A stretch of DNA of 64,000 nucleotides, taken from assembly GCA_964235785.1 (NCBI GenBank), contig CAXSBF010000002.1, positions 201,061 to 265,060 of the forward strand, given 5' to 3'. A program made the position numbers and the translations under genes. Origin of the DNA: an uncultured Pyrinomonadaceae bacterium. Its GTDB lineage: Bacteria; Acidobacteriota; Blastocatellia; Pyrinomonadales; Pyrinomonadaceae. The notes beneath the pieces are model-generated. The model made no database searches. It was not told the origin of the DNA and saw nothing but the letters and a program-made list of their open reading frames with translations. Below are positions 34,759-43,997 of the stretch, piece by piece (the first letter of the stretch is position 1; each line of letters starts with the position of its first letter).

Positions 34759-35963
34759 TTTCGTTTCATTCCTAAAATACTCGTAAAAAATCCCGAAAGA
34801 ATAGTTTGAAATCCGAGAGCAATCAGCGTCGCCCCGAAAAAAAACAAATGCTTGGTGTCGAAGATTAAAAAATTTGAATTGCCGATACCGATTAATAAAA
34901 AGACGACTCCGATGAACAAAGCGATTATGGCAACCGCCAATCCGCGTTCGAGATTGACAATCTCGAAAAACTTTATAAATTGTTTATCCATCGGCAGGAG
35001 ACCTTCGTTGATGGCAAAAGATTTAGTAAAAATCGCAAAAAGAATCGATTGGTAACCGCATAGAACGGCTAAAATCGCTAATACCAAAGTTTTAATGTCA
35101 TTCAAATTATTTTGCATTTCCGGGTTTTGCATATTTCTGAATTGGCTAAACCCGAAAATAACCACGCCGAGTAAAACGAGTAAAATTCCCGGCAGGAAAA
35201 AAAGCCAGCGCGGGCTATACATCAGCAAAAAGCGAAACGTCCGCCAGCCGTCGCGGAAGGTTCTCATATGCGCCTGGTGAGAAACGCGCCCGTCCGGGTG
35301 GTGCGTTATCGGAACTTCGGCGATGCGGGCGTTTTGGAAACTTGATTTGATAATCATCTCGACGGCAAACTCCATTCCGGTGCAGCGCAAATCCAGTTTT
35401 TCATAAAATTCCTTGGTAAAGGCGCGAAAACCGCAATTAACGTCATGCACCGGAACCAGATACCATCGCCGAACGAGCAGGGAAAACATCGGATTGCCGA
35501 TCCAACGGTGCGAAAAAGACATTGAATCCGCAGAAATTCGACCGCCGCCTTTCGGAAAACGACAGCCTAAAACAAAGTCGAAATTTTCATTCAGTTTTTC
35601 GATAAACTTATGAATTTCAGAAAAGTCGTGGCTTTCGTCAGCATCGCCCATCACGATAAATTTACCTTTCGCCTCGGCAATGCCGCCCATCAGCGCGTGT
35701 CCGTAACCTTTTTCTTTTACCATAACGACACGCGCGCCATTGCTTCGCGCAATTTGGGCGGAATTGTCCGTGCTGTTATTATCCGCCACGATAATTTCCG
35801 CCGTTAGACGGGTTTTTTCAATTGCTTCCCGCGCAATGCGAAGACAATTTTCCAGAGTGTCTTCTTCGTCCAGACAGGGAATTACAATCGAAACTTCGAC
35901 GCTTTCCAAAGAAGTCGAAGCGGCGGAAGTCGGTTTTATCGAAGATAATTTTATGTCCGGCAT
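34755..35963 (-). CDS. Family 2 glycosyltransferase with C-terminal multi-TM domain (polyprenyl-phosphate GT-like)
   Basis: VSIVIPCLDEE, IIVADNNSTDNS, GDADESHD (DxD); four C-terminal TM helices. An alternative TTG start at 36020 would overlap the upstream stop by 4 nt. Confidence 0.8.
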   Translation of the reverse strand: MPDIKLSSIKPTSAASTSLESVEVSIVIPCLDEEDTLENCLRIAREAIEKTRLTAEIIVADNNSTDNSAQIARSNGARVVMVKEKGYGHALMGGIAEAKGKFIVMGDADESHDFSEIHKFIEKLNENFDFVLGCRFPKGGGRISADSMSFSHRWIGNPMFSLLVRRWYLVPVHDVNCGFRAFTKEFYEKLDLRCTGMEFAVEMIIKSSFQNARIAEVPITHHPDGRVSHQAHMRTFRDGWRTFRFLLMYSPRWLFFLPGILLVLLGVVIFGFSQFRNMQNPEMQNNLNDIKTLVLAILAVLCGYQSILFAIFTKSFAINEGLLPMDKQFIKFFEIVNLERGLAVAIIALFIGVVFLLIGIGNSNFLIFDTKHLFFFGATLIALGFQTILSGFFTSILGMKRK

Positions 35964-36016
35964 AAAAGAGTCTAAATATTGAAATAAGGCGAAATTTATA
36001 AAAACCCGGCAATTCT

Positions 36017-37264
36017 TCAAGAAACCTTTTCGCCGAAACTTCCGAGAAGCCCGATTAAAACCCAGAGATGTCTGGCATCTTCAAACGAACCGCTCAAACC
36101 CTGATAAAGAAAAGCGCCGACGAAAGCCGTTCCGAAACAAACGCGCAAAACATTATGCGGCTCGTCGCTCAAGCGGAGCGGCAGCATTTTTTTGAAAAAG
36201 AAAAAACATAATAAGCAGACGGCAAGCAGTCCGAAAATCCCGGCTTGTCCGGCAACGCTCAGCCATAACTGATGAGAATCGCCGACAAAATGTTTTTGTC
36301 CCGATGCGAGAATTGAAAATATGCCGACGACATCCAATCCGACGCCGCGCCCGAAAAACGGATTTTCGGCAAAAGTTTGGAGCGATGCTTGCCACGCCAG
36401 AAGCCTCTCGGAAGGGTAAATTATATTTCCGAAAAAATTAAAACGAAAAGGAGAAAGTAAATTTTCATTCGGCGCGAAAAGCAGCGCGACAAAAAATAAA
36501 AAAGCCGCCGAAAACCCGGCTAATAAACTTAATTTTGAATAAAAAAAGTTTTCCTTTTCTCTAAATAGAAGCCATAACCATAAACCCAGTGACAGAAAAA
36601 TTCCACCCAAACCGGGCGAAAGAGTAAAAAATGCGGCGATTGAAAAAAATATTAGGAAAATCGTGAAAGCGAGTTTATTAATCCAACCGAGCCGGAAACC
36701 GGCTAAGGCAAAAAGCAAACCGACATTCAAATAATTACAGAACATATTCGCGTTCTGAAAAGTGCTGTGAATACGCGGGTAATTTCCGGGCGGAAGTGTT
36801 CCATAGTGCGAAAAGGCAAATAAAAACAATGGATTTGCGCGGTCAATATAAAAAATCACAAACGAAATCGCACTCACCGCGCAGGCAATGAATGTTGCGG
36901 CGAGCCAAATGAAAACAATTCTTTTTGCGTCTTTGACGGTGCGAATCAAGTTGTAGCTCAATACCGCCAAGCCGATTAAGTATATTTCACCAAACAATTT
37001 TATAGCGCTCGTTTTTTGATTGTCGGAAAAGACGGTCGAAAAAACCAGCGCCAGAAAATAAAAAATTAGCGGAATGTAAAACTTGCCCGGACGAAAATCG
37101 GTTTGTTTTAAAAGAATCGAAAGCAGCCAAATAAAAAATGTAACCGGAAAAATAAAATCGGTAATGGGAATTTGAAAGTCGAAGAGCCAAATCGACGGCT
37201 GCATAAAGCCGAGCGAGAAAACCAGCACCAGAAAAGTGATTTGCGCGAAACGGAAAATCATCAA
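36017..37264 (-). CDS. O-antigen ligase/polymerase (Wzy_C) family membrane protein
   Basis: More than 10 TM helices; RIHSTFQNANMFCNYLNVGL loop motif typical of Wzy_C/O-antigen ligase proteins. Confidence 0.75.
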   Translation of the reverse strand: MMIFRFAQITFLVLVFSLGFMQPSIWLFDFQIPITDFIFPVTFFIWLLSILLKQTDFRPGKFYIPLIFYFLALVFSTVFSDNQKTSAIKLFGEIYLIGLAVLSYNLIRTVKDAKRIVFIWLAATFIACAVSAISFVIFYIDRANPLFLFAFSHYGTLPPGNYPRIHSTFQNANMFCNYLNVGLLFALAGFRLGWINKLAFTIFLIFFSIAAFFTLSPGLGGIFLSLGLWLWLLFREKENFFYSKLSLLAGFSAAFLFFVALLFAPNENLLSPFRFNFFGNIIYPSERLLAWQASLQTFAENPFFGRGVGLDVVGIFSILASGQKHFVGDSHQLWLSVAGQAGIFGLLAVCLLCFFFFKKMLPLRLSDEPHNVLRVCFGTAFVGAFLYQGLSGSFEDARHLWVLIGLLGSFGEKVS

Positions 37265-37325
37265 TTGATTTCTTAATTATGCATAAAAATTGCGTCAGGC
37301 AGACTTTGATATTTTCAAAAAACCG

Positions 37326-37465
37326 GAAGCTATCTCAAAAATACTTTTACTTAAACTTTGCCGCTTTGCGCCTTGGCGGGAAATTCTTTGTCTCCCGCCA
37401 AGGCGCAAAGCGGCAAAGGAAAATCAAAGGCATAAAAACTTTATTGCTATTTTTGAGATGGCTTC
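37326..37465. repeat. Nested palindromic intergenic element, copy B
   Basis: Outer arms are GAAGCTATCTCAAAAATAC (37326-37344) and CTATTTTTGAGATGGCTTC (37447-37465). The inner perfect 26-bp stem is CTTTGCCGCTTTGCGCCTTGGCGGGA (37356-37381) / TCCCGCCAAGGCGCAAAGCGGCAAAG (37393-37418). Confidence 0.9.
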
Positions 37466-37468
37466 TAA

Positions 37469-38653
37469 TCAGCGTTTCTTTTTGAAATAAAATAAACCCA
37501 TCAAAAATCCGAAAACCGTTCCGACCGCCAAATTAACGGCGGACTTTTTGCCGATTTTTTCAACCTCTGCGGCATCGTATTCTGTAGTCTGCAACTTGCT
37601 TTCGTCGGTATCGGTCGTCCGTTTTTCGGTTTTAGCAATTTTGTCGGCGGCATTTTCATTATTCGTTACGGAAGAATCTGTTTTTAAAAGCGATTCCATT
37701 TTCTCTTTTACCAAGGCATCAGAATTGGGGTTATCGACAATTTCTTTGGCAGCGGCTTTTTTCTCACCGGCGGCAGCGGTTTCCGGGTCGGTAAATTCCT
37801 GTAATACGGCATTTATCGAGCCGCCGATTAAAATAACGAGAGCTGTCAGATAAAGCCAGAGATTCAAAATAATAACCGCGCCGAGTGAGCCGTAAGTTTT
37901 GTCGTAAGTGTTGAAATAGTTGAGATATAGGCGAAAAGCATAAGACAGAGCAAGCCAGAGAATAATTCCGGCGATTGCGCCGGGCGTAATCCAAACCCAG
38001 GCGCGTTTTTTATGTTTTGGCAGATAATTATAAAGTAGAGCGAAGGTTGAAATTAAAACGACTAAAACCGTCGCCCATTGGAGAATTCCCAAAAAAAACG
38101 GCGACGGAATAGGAAGTTTTGCCCAATCGAGAATCAGAGTCAGGAATTTCTCGCCGTAGAAAATAATACCGAGCGCGACGGTAATTAAAACCGCTAAGAT
38201 AAGCGTTAATAATAAAGAAAGAAGTTTCGTCTTCCACCAGGGACGATTTTCCGTCAAATTATAAACTCCGTTGAGCGCGATTCGGATACTGTCAATTCCC
38301 GCCGAAGCCGAATATAAAGCGACCGCGATGCCTAAAGTCAATTTTCCACTCGAACTGTTTTGGCTGACTTCTTCAATCGTTTTCTGCACCAAATCCGATG
38401 CCGAACCCGGCATCACCTGTCGCAGATAAAAAAACATCTCGTTTCTTAAATCATTGGCGGATTCCAGCACAATACCGAACAAACTCACCAGGAAAAGAAG
38501 CAGCGGAAACAGCGCGAAAGCAAAATAAAAAGCAACCTGCGCGGCGCTGCTCAATAAATCTTCTTCCACCAAGGCTTTCGTATAAAGGCGTTTGCCGAAA
38601 TCCGTGATGCTAATGCTGCGTAAGTCGTTCAGCTTAAAACTCAATATAGACAT
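37469..38653 (-). CDS. YihY/BrkB family membrane protein with C-terminal extension and terminal TM anchor
   Basis: LSSAAQVAFYFAFALFPLLLFL and multiple TM helices typical of YihY. ATG 38653 is preceded by an AAGGGGGA RBS (track start 38698 is TTG). Confidence 0.8.
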   Translation of the reverse strand: MSILSFKLNDLRSISITDFGKRLYTKALVEEDLLSSAAQVAFYFAFALFPLLLFLVSLFGIVLESANDLRNEMFFYLRQVMPGSASDLVQKTIEEVSQNSSSGKLTLGIAVALYSASAGIDSIRIALNGVYNLTENRPWWKTKLLSLLLTLILAVLITVALGIIFYGEKFLTLILDWAKLPIPSPFFLGILQWATVLVVLISTFALLYNYLPKHKKRAWVWITPGAIAGIILWLALSYAFRLYLNYFNTYDKTYGSLGAVIILNLWLYLTALVILIGGSINAVLQEFTDPETAAAGEKKAAAKEIVDNPNSDALVKEKMESLLKTDSSVTNNENAADKIAKTEKRTTDTDESKLQTTEYDAAEVEKIGKKSAVNLAVGTVFGFLMGLFYFKKKR

Positions 38654-38715
38654 CTTTAAAATTCCCCCTTGTTTTTCCGATTTAACTGTTAGTGACAAAA
38701 TTCCAATTTTCTACC

Positions 38716-41310
38716 TCAAACCGCTTTTTTTAATTTAAGATGAAATTCTTTTTTCTCTTTTTCAGCCGCCAAATTTTTTAATTCGTAAATTTTCATCAAG
38801 GCTTCGACCGGCGAAAGATTATCCGTATCGATTTCCGTTAATTTCCTTTCAATTTCGGATAAATTATTATTTTCGCCTTGAAAATTCAGAGAACTCGAAT
38901 TTTCGACTTCGTATTCCTTCAAAAGCTCGTCTGCCCTGTGAACGACCGGCTTTGGCAATCCGGCGAGTTTTGCGGCATAAACGCCGTAGCTTTTCAGAGC
39001 CGTGCCTTTCGAGATTTTATATTTGAAAATCAGTTTATCCTTTTTCTCTTCGATTAAAAAGAAATAGTTTTCCAGTTTGGGCAAAACGCCTTCAAGTTCG
39101 GCTAATTCGTGATAATGCGTAGCGAAAAGTGTCCTCGACTTCAGCTTCGGATGATTGTGAACGTATTCCAAAACTGCGCGAGCTACCGCGAGTCCGTCGT
39201 AAGTCGAAGTTCCGCGACCGAGTTCGTCCAATAAAATCAGACTTTGCGGCGTTGCGTGATGTAGAATTTCGGCTGTTTCAATCATTTCGGTCATAAAAGT
39301 TGACTCGCCACTGCCGATTCGGTCGTAAAGTCCGATGCGCGTAAAAATCCGGTCGCAAATTCCGACGACCGCTTCATCCGCCGGTACGAAACTGCCGATT
39401 TGAGCGAGCAAAACGATTAAAGCGATTTGCCGCAAATAAGTTGATTTCCCCGAAGCGTTCGGTCCGGTTATCAAAGCGATTTGCGGCGCGCCATTACCGC
39501 CGAGCGCCGAATCGTTGGCGATAAATTCAATATTTTCTTTCAGAAGAATGTTTTCGACGACGACGTGCCGTCCGTTTTTGACGCGCAAAAGGGAAGTTTC
39601 ATTAACAGTCGGACGCGCGTAATTATATTCGTCGGCAACGTCAGCCAGCGACAAAATCGCATCGAGATAGGCGATGGAATTTGCCGCCAGCAAAATTTCG
39701 GGACGATGTTTTCCAACCTCGCTGCAAATCTGCCGGAAAAGATTGTTTTCGAGTTCACTGATTCTTTCCTGCGCGTGCAGCACTAGCGATTCGTGTTCTT
39801 TGAGTTCCAGCGTTATATATCTTTCGGCAGGAAGGAGCGTTTGCTTTCGGGTGTAATCTGAAGGAACAAGATGCAGGTTCGGTTTAGTAACTTCGATATA
39901 ATAACCGAAAACCTTATTAAAACCGACGCGCAAACTTCTGATTCCGGTGCGCTCGCGCTCGCGTTTTTCGAGTTCGGCAAAAAAGCCTTTGCCGTCTTTT
40001 AATATCTGTCGAAGCCGGTCGAGTTCTTCAGAAAAACCGTCCCGAATTATACCGACCTGCTCGGCGTGACGCGCGGGAAGTTCTTCCGCAATCGCAGTTT
40101 CTATAAGTTTTGCAGTCTCAGCGCATTCGGGCAAATGCGCCAGTAATTGCCCGAAGCGAACCGTATCGAGCCGCAAAACCTTTTTGATTTCGGGAATCAA
40201 TTCGAGACTTTTCCCGAAAATACGCAGCTCATAAGCCGATAAAAAATTTGCTTTAGCGCGACTCGACAGGCGTTCCAAATCTTTTATTTCAGATAATACA
40301 TCGAACAATTTTTTTCGGTTTTCAGCGTTTTCCTTAAACCAGGCGAGATGTTCCTGACGGCGAAAAATCTCCGCGCAATCGAGCAGCGGCTGACGCAACC
40401 AGCGGCGCAGAAGTCTGCCGCCCATCGCCGTCGCCGTGCGGTCGATGATTGATAAAAGACTCGCACCGGAACTGCTTTCAAAAATTTCTAAACTACGCAA
40501 AGTTCTTTCGTCAAGCAGCATAAACGAGCGCGAATCGTAACTCGTCAGACGTGTTAATTGTTCCGCCGTGCCGTTGTTTGTCGCTTGCAGATAAGCGACG
40601 AGCGCGCCAGCCGCCGAAGCCGCGAGCGGCGCGTCTTCGAGTCCGAAAGGTTTCAAGGTGTTGGTATTGAAATGTTCAAAAAGCGTTTTTCGGGCATTTT
40701 TGAGCGAGAAATCTTCAGCCTTGAGCCGCGTAACAAATTGCGGTAAATCGCGGTTGCTGAATTCTTCCTGCGTTTCGGCGATTAAAATTTCGGCGGGGGA
40801 TAGCCTCTGCAATTCGGCAATCGCGTTTTTGTTTTCGGTTTCGGTCGCGGCAAAATCGCCGGTCGTTATATCGGCGTAAGCGATTCCGGCGCGGTTTCCG
40901 TCGCTCGTGAACGAAACTAAATAATTGTTTGTTTTGCTGTCGAGCAGCAGCGGTTCGATAACCGTTCCGGCGGTTACGATGCGGACGACTTCGCGCTGAA
41001 TCAATCGTTTGCCGTCCTTGCCTTTGAGCGGAACGGAGCTTGTTTGTTCGCAAATGGCGACGCGATGACCGCGGGAAATCAACGTGGCGAGATGTTTTTC
41101 GATAACAAAATGCGGAACTCCGGCGAGCGGGACGCGCGTGTCTTTGCCCATTGCGCGGGAAGTCAGGACAATATCGAGTTCACGCGCTAAAATTTTCGCG
41201 TCCTCGTCGAAGGTTTCGTAAAAATCGCCCAGCCGAAACAGCAAAATCGAATCGGGATGTTTGGCTTTTAATTCGAGATATTGCCGCCGTATCGGAGTTT
41301 CGTTTTCCAT
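38716..41310 (-). CDS. mutS: DNA mismatch repair protein MutS
   Basis: TPIRRQYLELK, GDFYE, Walker A GPNASGKST, DELGRGTSTYDG, FATHYHEL. Confidence 0.97.
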   Translation of the reverse strand: MENETPIRRQYLELKAKHPDSILLFRLGDFYETFDEDAKILARELDIVLTSRAMGKDTRVPLAGVPHFVIEKHLATLISRGHRVAICEQTSSVPLKGKDGKRLIQREVVRIVTAGTVIEPLLLDSKTNNYLVSFTSDGNRAGIAYADITTGDFAATETENKNAIAELQRLSPAEILIAETQEEFSNRDLPQFVTRLKAEDFSLKNARKTLFEHFNTNTLKPFGLEDAPLAASAAGALVAYLQATNNGTAEQLTRLTSYDSRSFMLLDERTLRSLEIFESSSGASLLSIIDRTATAMGGRLLRRWLRQPLLDCAEIFRRQEHLAWFKENAENRKKLFDVLSEIKDLERLSSRAKANFLSAYELRIFGKSLELIPEIKKVLRLDTVRFGQLLAHLPECAETAKLIETAIAEELPARHAEQVGIIRDGFSEELDRLRQILKDGKGFFAELEKRERERTGIRSLRVGFNKVFGYYIEVTKPNLHLVPSDYTRKQTLLPAERYITLELKEHESLVLHAQERISELENNLFRQICSEVGKHRPEILLAANSIAYLDAILSLADVADEYNYARPTVNETSLLRVKNGRHVVVENILLKENIEFIANDSALGGNGAPQIALITGPNASGKSTYLRQIALIVLLAQIGSFVPADEAVVGICDRIFTRIGLYDRIGSGESTFMTEMIETAEILHHATPQSLILLDELGRGTSTYDGLAVARAVLEYVHNHPKLKSRTLFATHYHELAELEGVLPKLENYFFLIEEKKDKLIFKYKISKGTALKSYGVYAAKLAGLPKPVVHRADELLKEYEVENSSSLNFQGENNNLSEIERKLTEIDTDNLSPVEALMKIYELKNLAAEKEKKEFHLKLKKAV

Positions 41311-41322
41311 TTTTAAAATTTA

Positions 41323-41397
41323 GCCACAGAGAACACAGAGGACACAGAGCGCGTCGATTTCTTTTCCGTTCAAAAAACCCTCTGTGTTCTCTGTGGC
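41323..41397. repeat. Hairpin with CACAGAG tandem-repeat arms
   Basis: GCCACAGAGAACACAGAGG (41323-41341) is the exact reverse complement of CCTCTGTGTTCTCTGTGGC (41379-41397). A third CACAGAG unit lies in the 37-nt loop. Confidence 0.9.
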
Positions 41398-41405
41398 AAA
41401 CCGTT

Positions 41406-42110
41406 TTATTTTAACAGAAACTCTTTGATTATTTCAGCAATGTTTTTCAGGTTTTGGTGAACCTGCTCGATTTGGGCGAAAGTTAAAATGCGAACTTCGG
41501 ATTCAATATCCTGAAACTCGCGGCTCAAGGAATTTCGGGCGCGATTTAAATCTCTTTCCGATGAAATTACGAGAAAAGGTTTTGTGCGTTGGGCTTGATA
41601 GGCGCGTTTGAGTTTGGCAAAAGCCGAATCGATATTGCCTTTACTTTGGACTTCAAAAATGTGCGAAATTCGCGGCGTTTTTTCGTTTTCACGCCAGACG
41701 ACATCGTAAAATTCAAATTCGGTTTGGGCGTAAAATCCTAAACTTCCGCCGATTTCAACCAGCATTTCCTGAATGTCAGTGTGCGAAAGCTGTTTCTCGT
41801 TTGTTTTTGTCGGAGTGAAATCTAAAATCTCGGATTTAACCGTCTCGATTCCGCTATTTGTGATTGTCCAGAGTCCTTGTTGGCGAGAAATATAACCGTT
41901 TTCATCGAGAATTTTGCCTGCTTTTTGCACGGCGTTGCGCCATTTCGCGTTTGATTGATTTTTTATTTCAAAAATTTCTTTTTCCGTTAGCTGCGGGAAA
42001 TAGGCAATCAAACGCAGATACAAAAAACGCAGAAAATCGGAACCGCCGACGGCGGCGAGTTCCTGCAAAATCGGTAATTCGATTGAAGATGTGTTTGGAA
42101 ACGCCATCAA
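41406..42110 (-). CDS. Mrr_N-like winged-helix protein with predicted PD-(D/E)xK-like C-terminal domain (hypothetical)
   Basis: The N-terminus (LPILQELAAVGG...KWRNAVQKAGKILDENGYISRQQGLWTITNSGIE) resembles the Mrr N-terminal wHTH. The C-terminus has a D..(20-25 aa)..E.Q.K pattern (FYDVVW...HIFEVQSKG). Confidence 0.5.
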   Translation of the reverse strand: MMAFPNTSSIELPILQELAAVGGSDFLRFLYLRLIAYFPQLTEKEIFEIKNQSNAKWRNAVQKAGKILDENGYISRQQGLWTITNSGIETVKSEILDFTPTKTNEKQLSHTDIQEMLVEIGGSLGFYAQTEFEFYDVVWRENEKTPRISHIFEVQSKGNIDSAFAKLKRAYQAQRTKPFLVISSERDLNRARNSLSREFQDIESEVRILTFAQIEQVHQNLKNIAEIIKEFLLK

Positions 42111-42129
42111 TTTTTGATGAATTAACTTG

Positions 42130-42807
42130 TTAAATTATTTTCTTATAATCCCGATAATTTTGTTGGAGTATTTCTGTTTTTAAAGTATCCAGAGCCGTCG
42201 TCAGCTTCTGTTCAAAAATTGTTTTTTTTATTTTCGGAAAAAAATTCTCGCTGCTGTTGAAAAGTTCGGGCTTGCCAATCTTAACAAAAATGTCCGGCTT
42301 GAAATTGCCTAAAAATTCAAAACGAACGGCAAGCGGAACGGCGTAACAGCTTCCGGCTTTCTCAATAATTTTGGTCAAACCGCCGTAAAAATCGAGCGGG
42401 CGAACGTCGTTCGGTAAAATTTCGCCCTGCGGGAAAATCCAGACAACTCGATTCGGATTTTTACGCAAAATGTCGGCAGCATAATTGACGCTTTTCATTG
42501 CTTCGCGCGGCGTTTCTCGGATAACTGAAAACACGCCGAGCCTGCGAAAAAGAGACAGTTTTCGCAATTGCTTTTCCTCCATCATTAAAAAGGAATCGAG
42601 TTTTGTTTCGCGCGAAATCTGAAAAGCGACGAGTCCGTCCCACCAGCTCGAATGATTTGCGTAAATCAATAACGGAAAGTTTTTATCTCTTTCGATTAGA
42701 AAATTCAATCCCGAAACTTGCAGCGAATTGAAACGGCGTCTGAGCAGATTGCGATTATAAACGGAAAAAATATTCTCGAACAAGACGCTTTTTCTAGCTT
42801 TCAACAT
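42130..42807 (-). CDS. Lysophospholipid (1-acyl-sn-glycerol-3-phosphate) acyltransferase family protein
   Basis: HX4D motif ANHSSWWDG and FPQGE motif. Confidence 0.75.
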   Translation of the reverse strand: MLKARKSVLFENIFSVYNRNLLRRRFNSLQVSGLNFLIERDKNFPLLIYANHSSWWDGLVAFQISRETKLDSFLMMEEKQLRKLSLFRRLGVFSVIRETPREAMKSVNYAADILRKNPNRVVWIFPQGEILPNDVRPLDFYGGLTKIIEKAGSCYAVPLAVRFEFLGNFKPDIFVKIGKPELFNSSENFFPKIKKTIFEQKLTTALDTLKTEILQQNYRDYKKII

Positions 42808-43936
42808 ATTTTCGAGTAACGCGCCGATTGATTCCGCAAGTTATTTCGTATGAAATAGTGGCGGTTTTCTCGCCTAAGTCTTCCGCCAAAACGATCAATC
42901 CATTTTGCGAACCGATTAAAATAACTTCGTCGCCAATTTTAACATTCGGAACATCCGTAACGTCAATTATTGTCCAATCCATAGAAATCCTGCCGACGAC
43001 CGGCGCAAAAACACCGTTGATAATCACGCGCCCGCAGTTTGAAAGCGAGCGGCTGTAACCGTCATCATAACCGATTGGAACAGTAGCAATAATCGAATCT
43101 CTTTCGGTCAAAAAAGTTCTACTGTAACCAAGCGTTTCATTTTTCGGAACGTTTTTCAGATGAGCAATTTGCGACCGCAGCGACATCACTGGTTTTAATT
43201 CGGGTTTGACGATTTCCTTCGGCAAAACGTCGCCGCCCAAACCGTATAAAATGCCGCCAATTCTAACCATATTTCCGCGTGAATTACTATGCGCGACCGC
43301 GCCGGGCGAGTTTGCTAAATCTTTGTATTTCGGATGAAAACCGTTTGACTCAAAAATTTTTACAGCTTCGTCGAATCGCTTTATTTGCAAATTCGTAAAA
43401 TCATTTTCAAGCAAATTATCAGCCGCTGCAAAATGCGTCATTACGCCTTCGACACATAAATTTTTGAGCGGTTTTAAAACCTCTACAAACTCTTTTACTT
43501 CGTCAAAACGAACTCCGATTCTGCCCATCCCCGTGTCGACTTTTAGGTGAATTTTCGCCTTTAGATTTTTTCGCGCCGCCGCTCTATTAAATTTCTCTGC
43601 CGCTTCTTTTTGATAAATTACCGGCGTTAAATCGTTTTCCAACAAAAAGGATTCTTGACCAGCCCAAAAACTTCCGAGACATAAAACAGGCGTTTTGATA
43701 CCGTTTTGTCTTAACTCCAAACCTTCTTCGGGCAGCGCGACACCGAACCAATCGATGCCTTTTTCTTCAAGTTTCCGGGCGCATTCGACCGCGCCGTGAC
43801 CGTAGCCGTCGGCTTTGACGACAGCCATATATTCAACCGCGTTTCCGACAAAATTTTTGATTGATAGAAAATTGAACGCCAGATTTTCCAGATTGATTTC
43901 AGTCCAGGTCGGGCGATGTGTGAATAAATCTGACAT
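42794..43936 (-). CDS. alr: Alanine racemase
   Basis: AVVKADGYGHG (PLP lysine), THFA, YGGI-type motifs, full length 380 aa. Confidence 0.93.
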   Translation of the reverse strand: MSDLFTHRPTWTEINLENLAFNFLSIKNFVGNAVEYMAVVKADGYGHGAVECARKLEEKGIDWFGVALPEEGLELRQNGIKTPVLCLGSFWAGQESFLLENDLTPVIYQKEAAEKFNRAAARKNLKAKIHLKVDTGMGRIGVRFDEVKEFVEVLKPLKNLCVEGVMTHFAAADNLLENDFTNLQIKRFDEAVKIFESNGFHPKYKDLANSPGAVAHSNSRGNMVRIGGILYGLGGDVLPKEIVKPELKPVMSLRSQIAHLKNVPKNETLGYSRTFLTERDSIIATVPIGYDDGYSRSLSNCGRVIINGVFAPVVGRISMDWTIIDVTDVPNVKIGDEVILIGSQNGLIVLAEDLGEKTATISYEITCGINRRVTRKYVES

Positions 43937-43997
43937 TTAAATTCGGCAATAAATTATGCGGCTCAAAATAAAAGATTGATTCCAAGAAGCCTTTTGT

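Noticed and set aside
37279-37490. Two overlapping 66-68-aa plus-strand ORFs
   Set aside because: They are generated by the palindromic element (copy B). Their translations (..LRLGGKFFVSRQGAKRQRK..) simply read through the hairpin arms.
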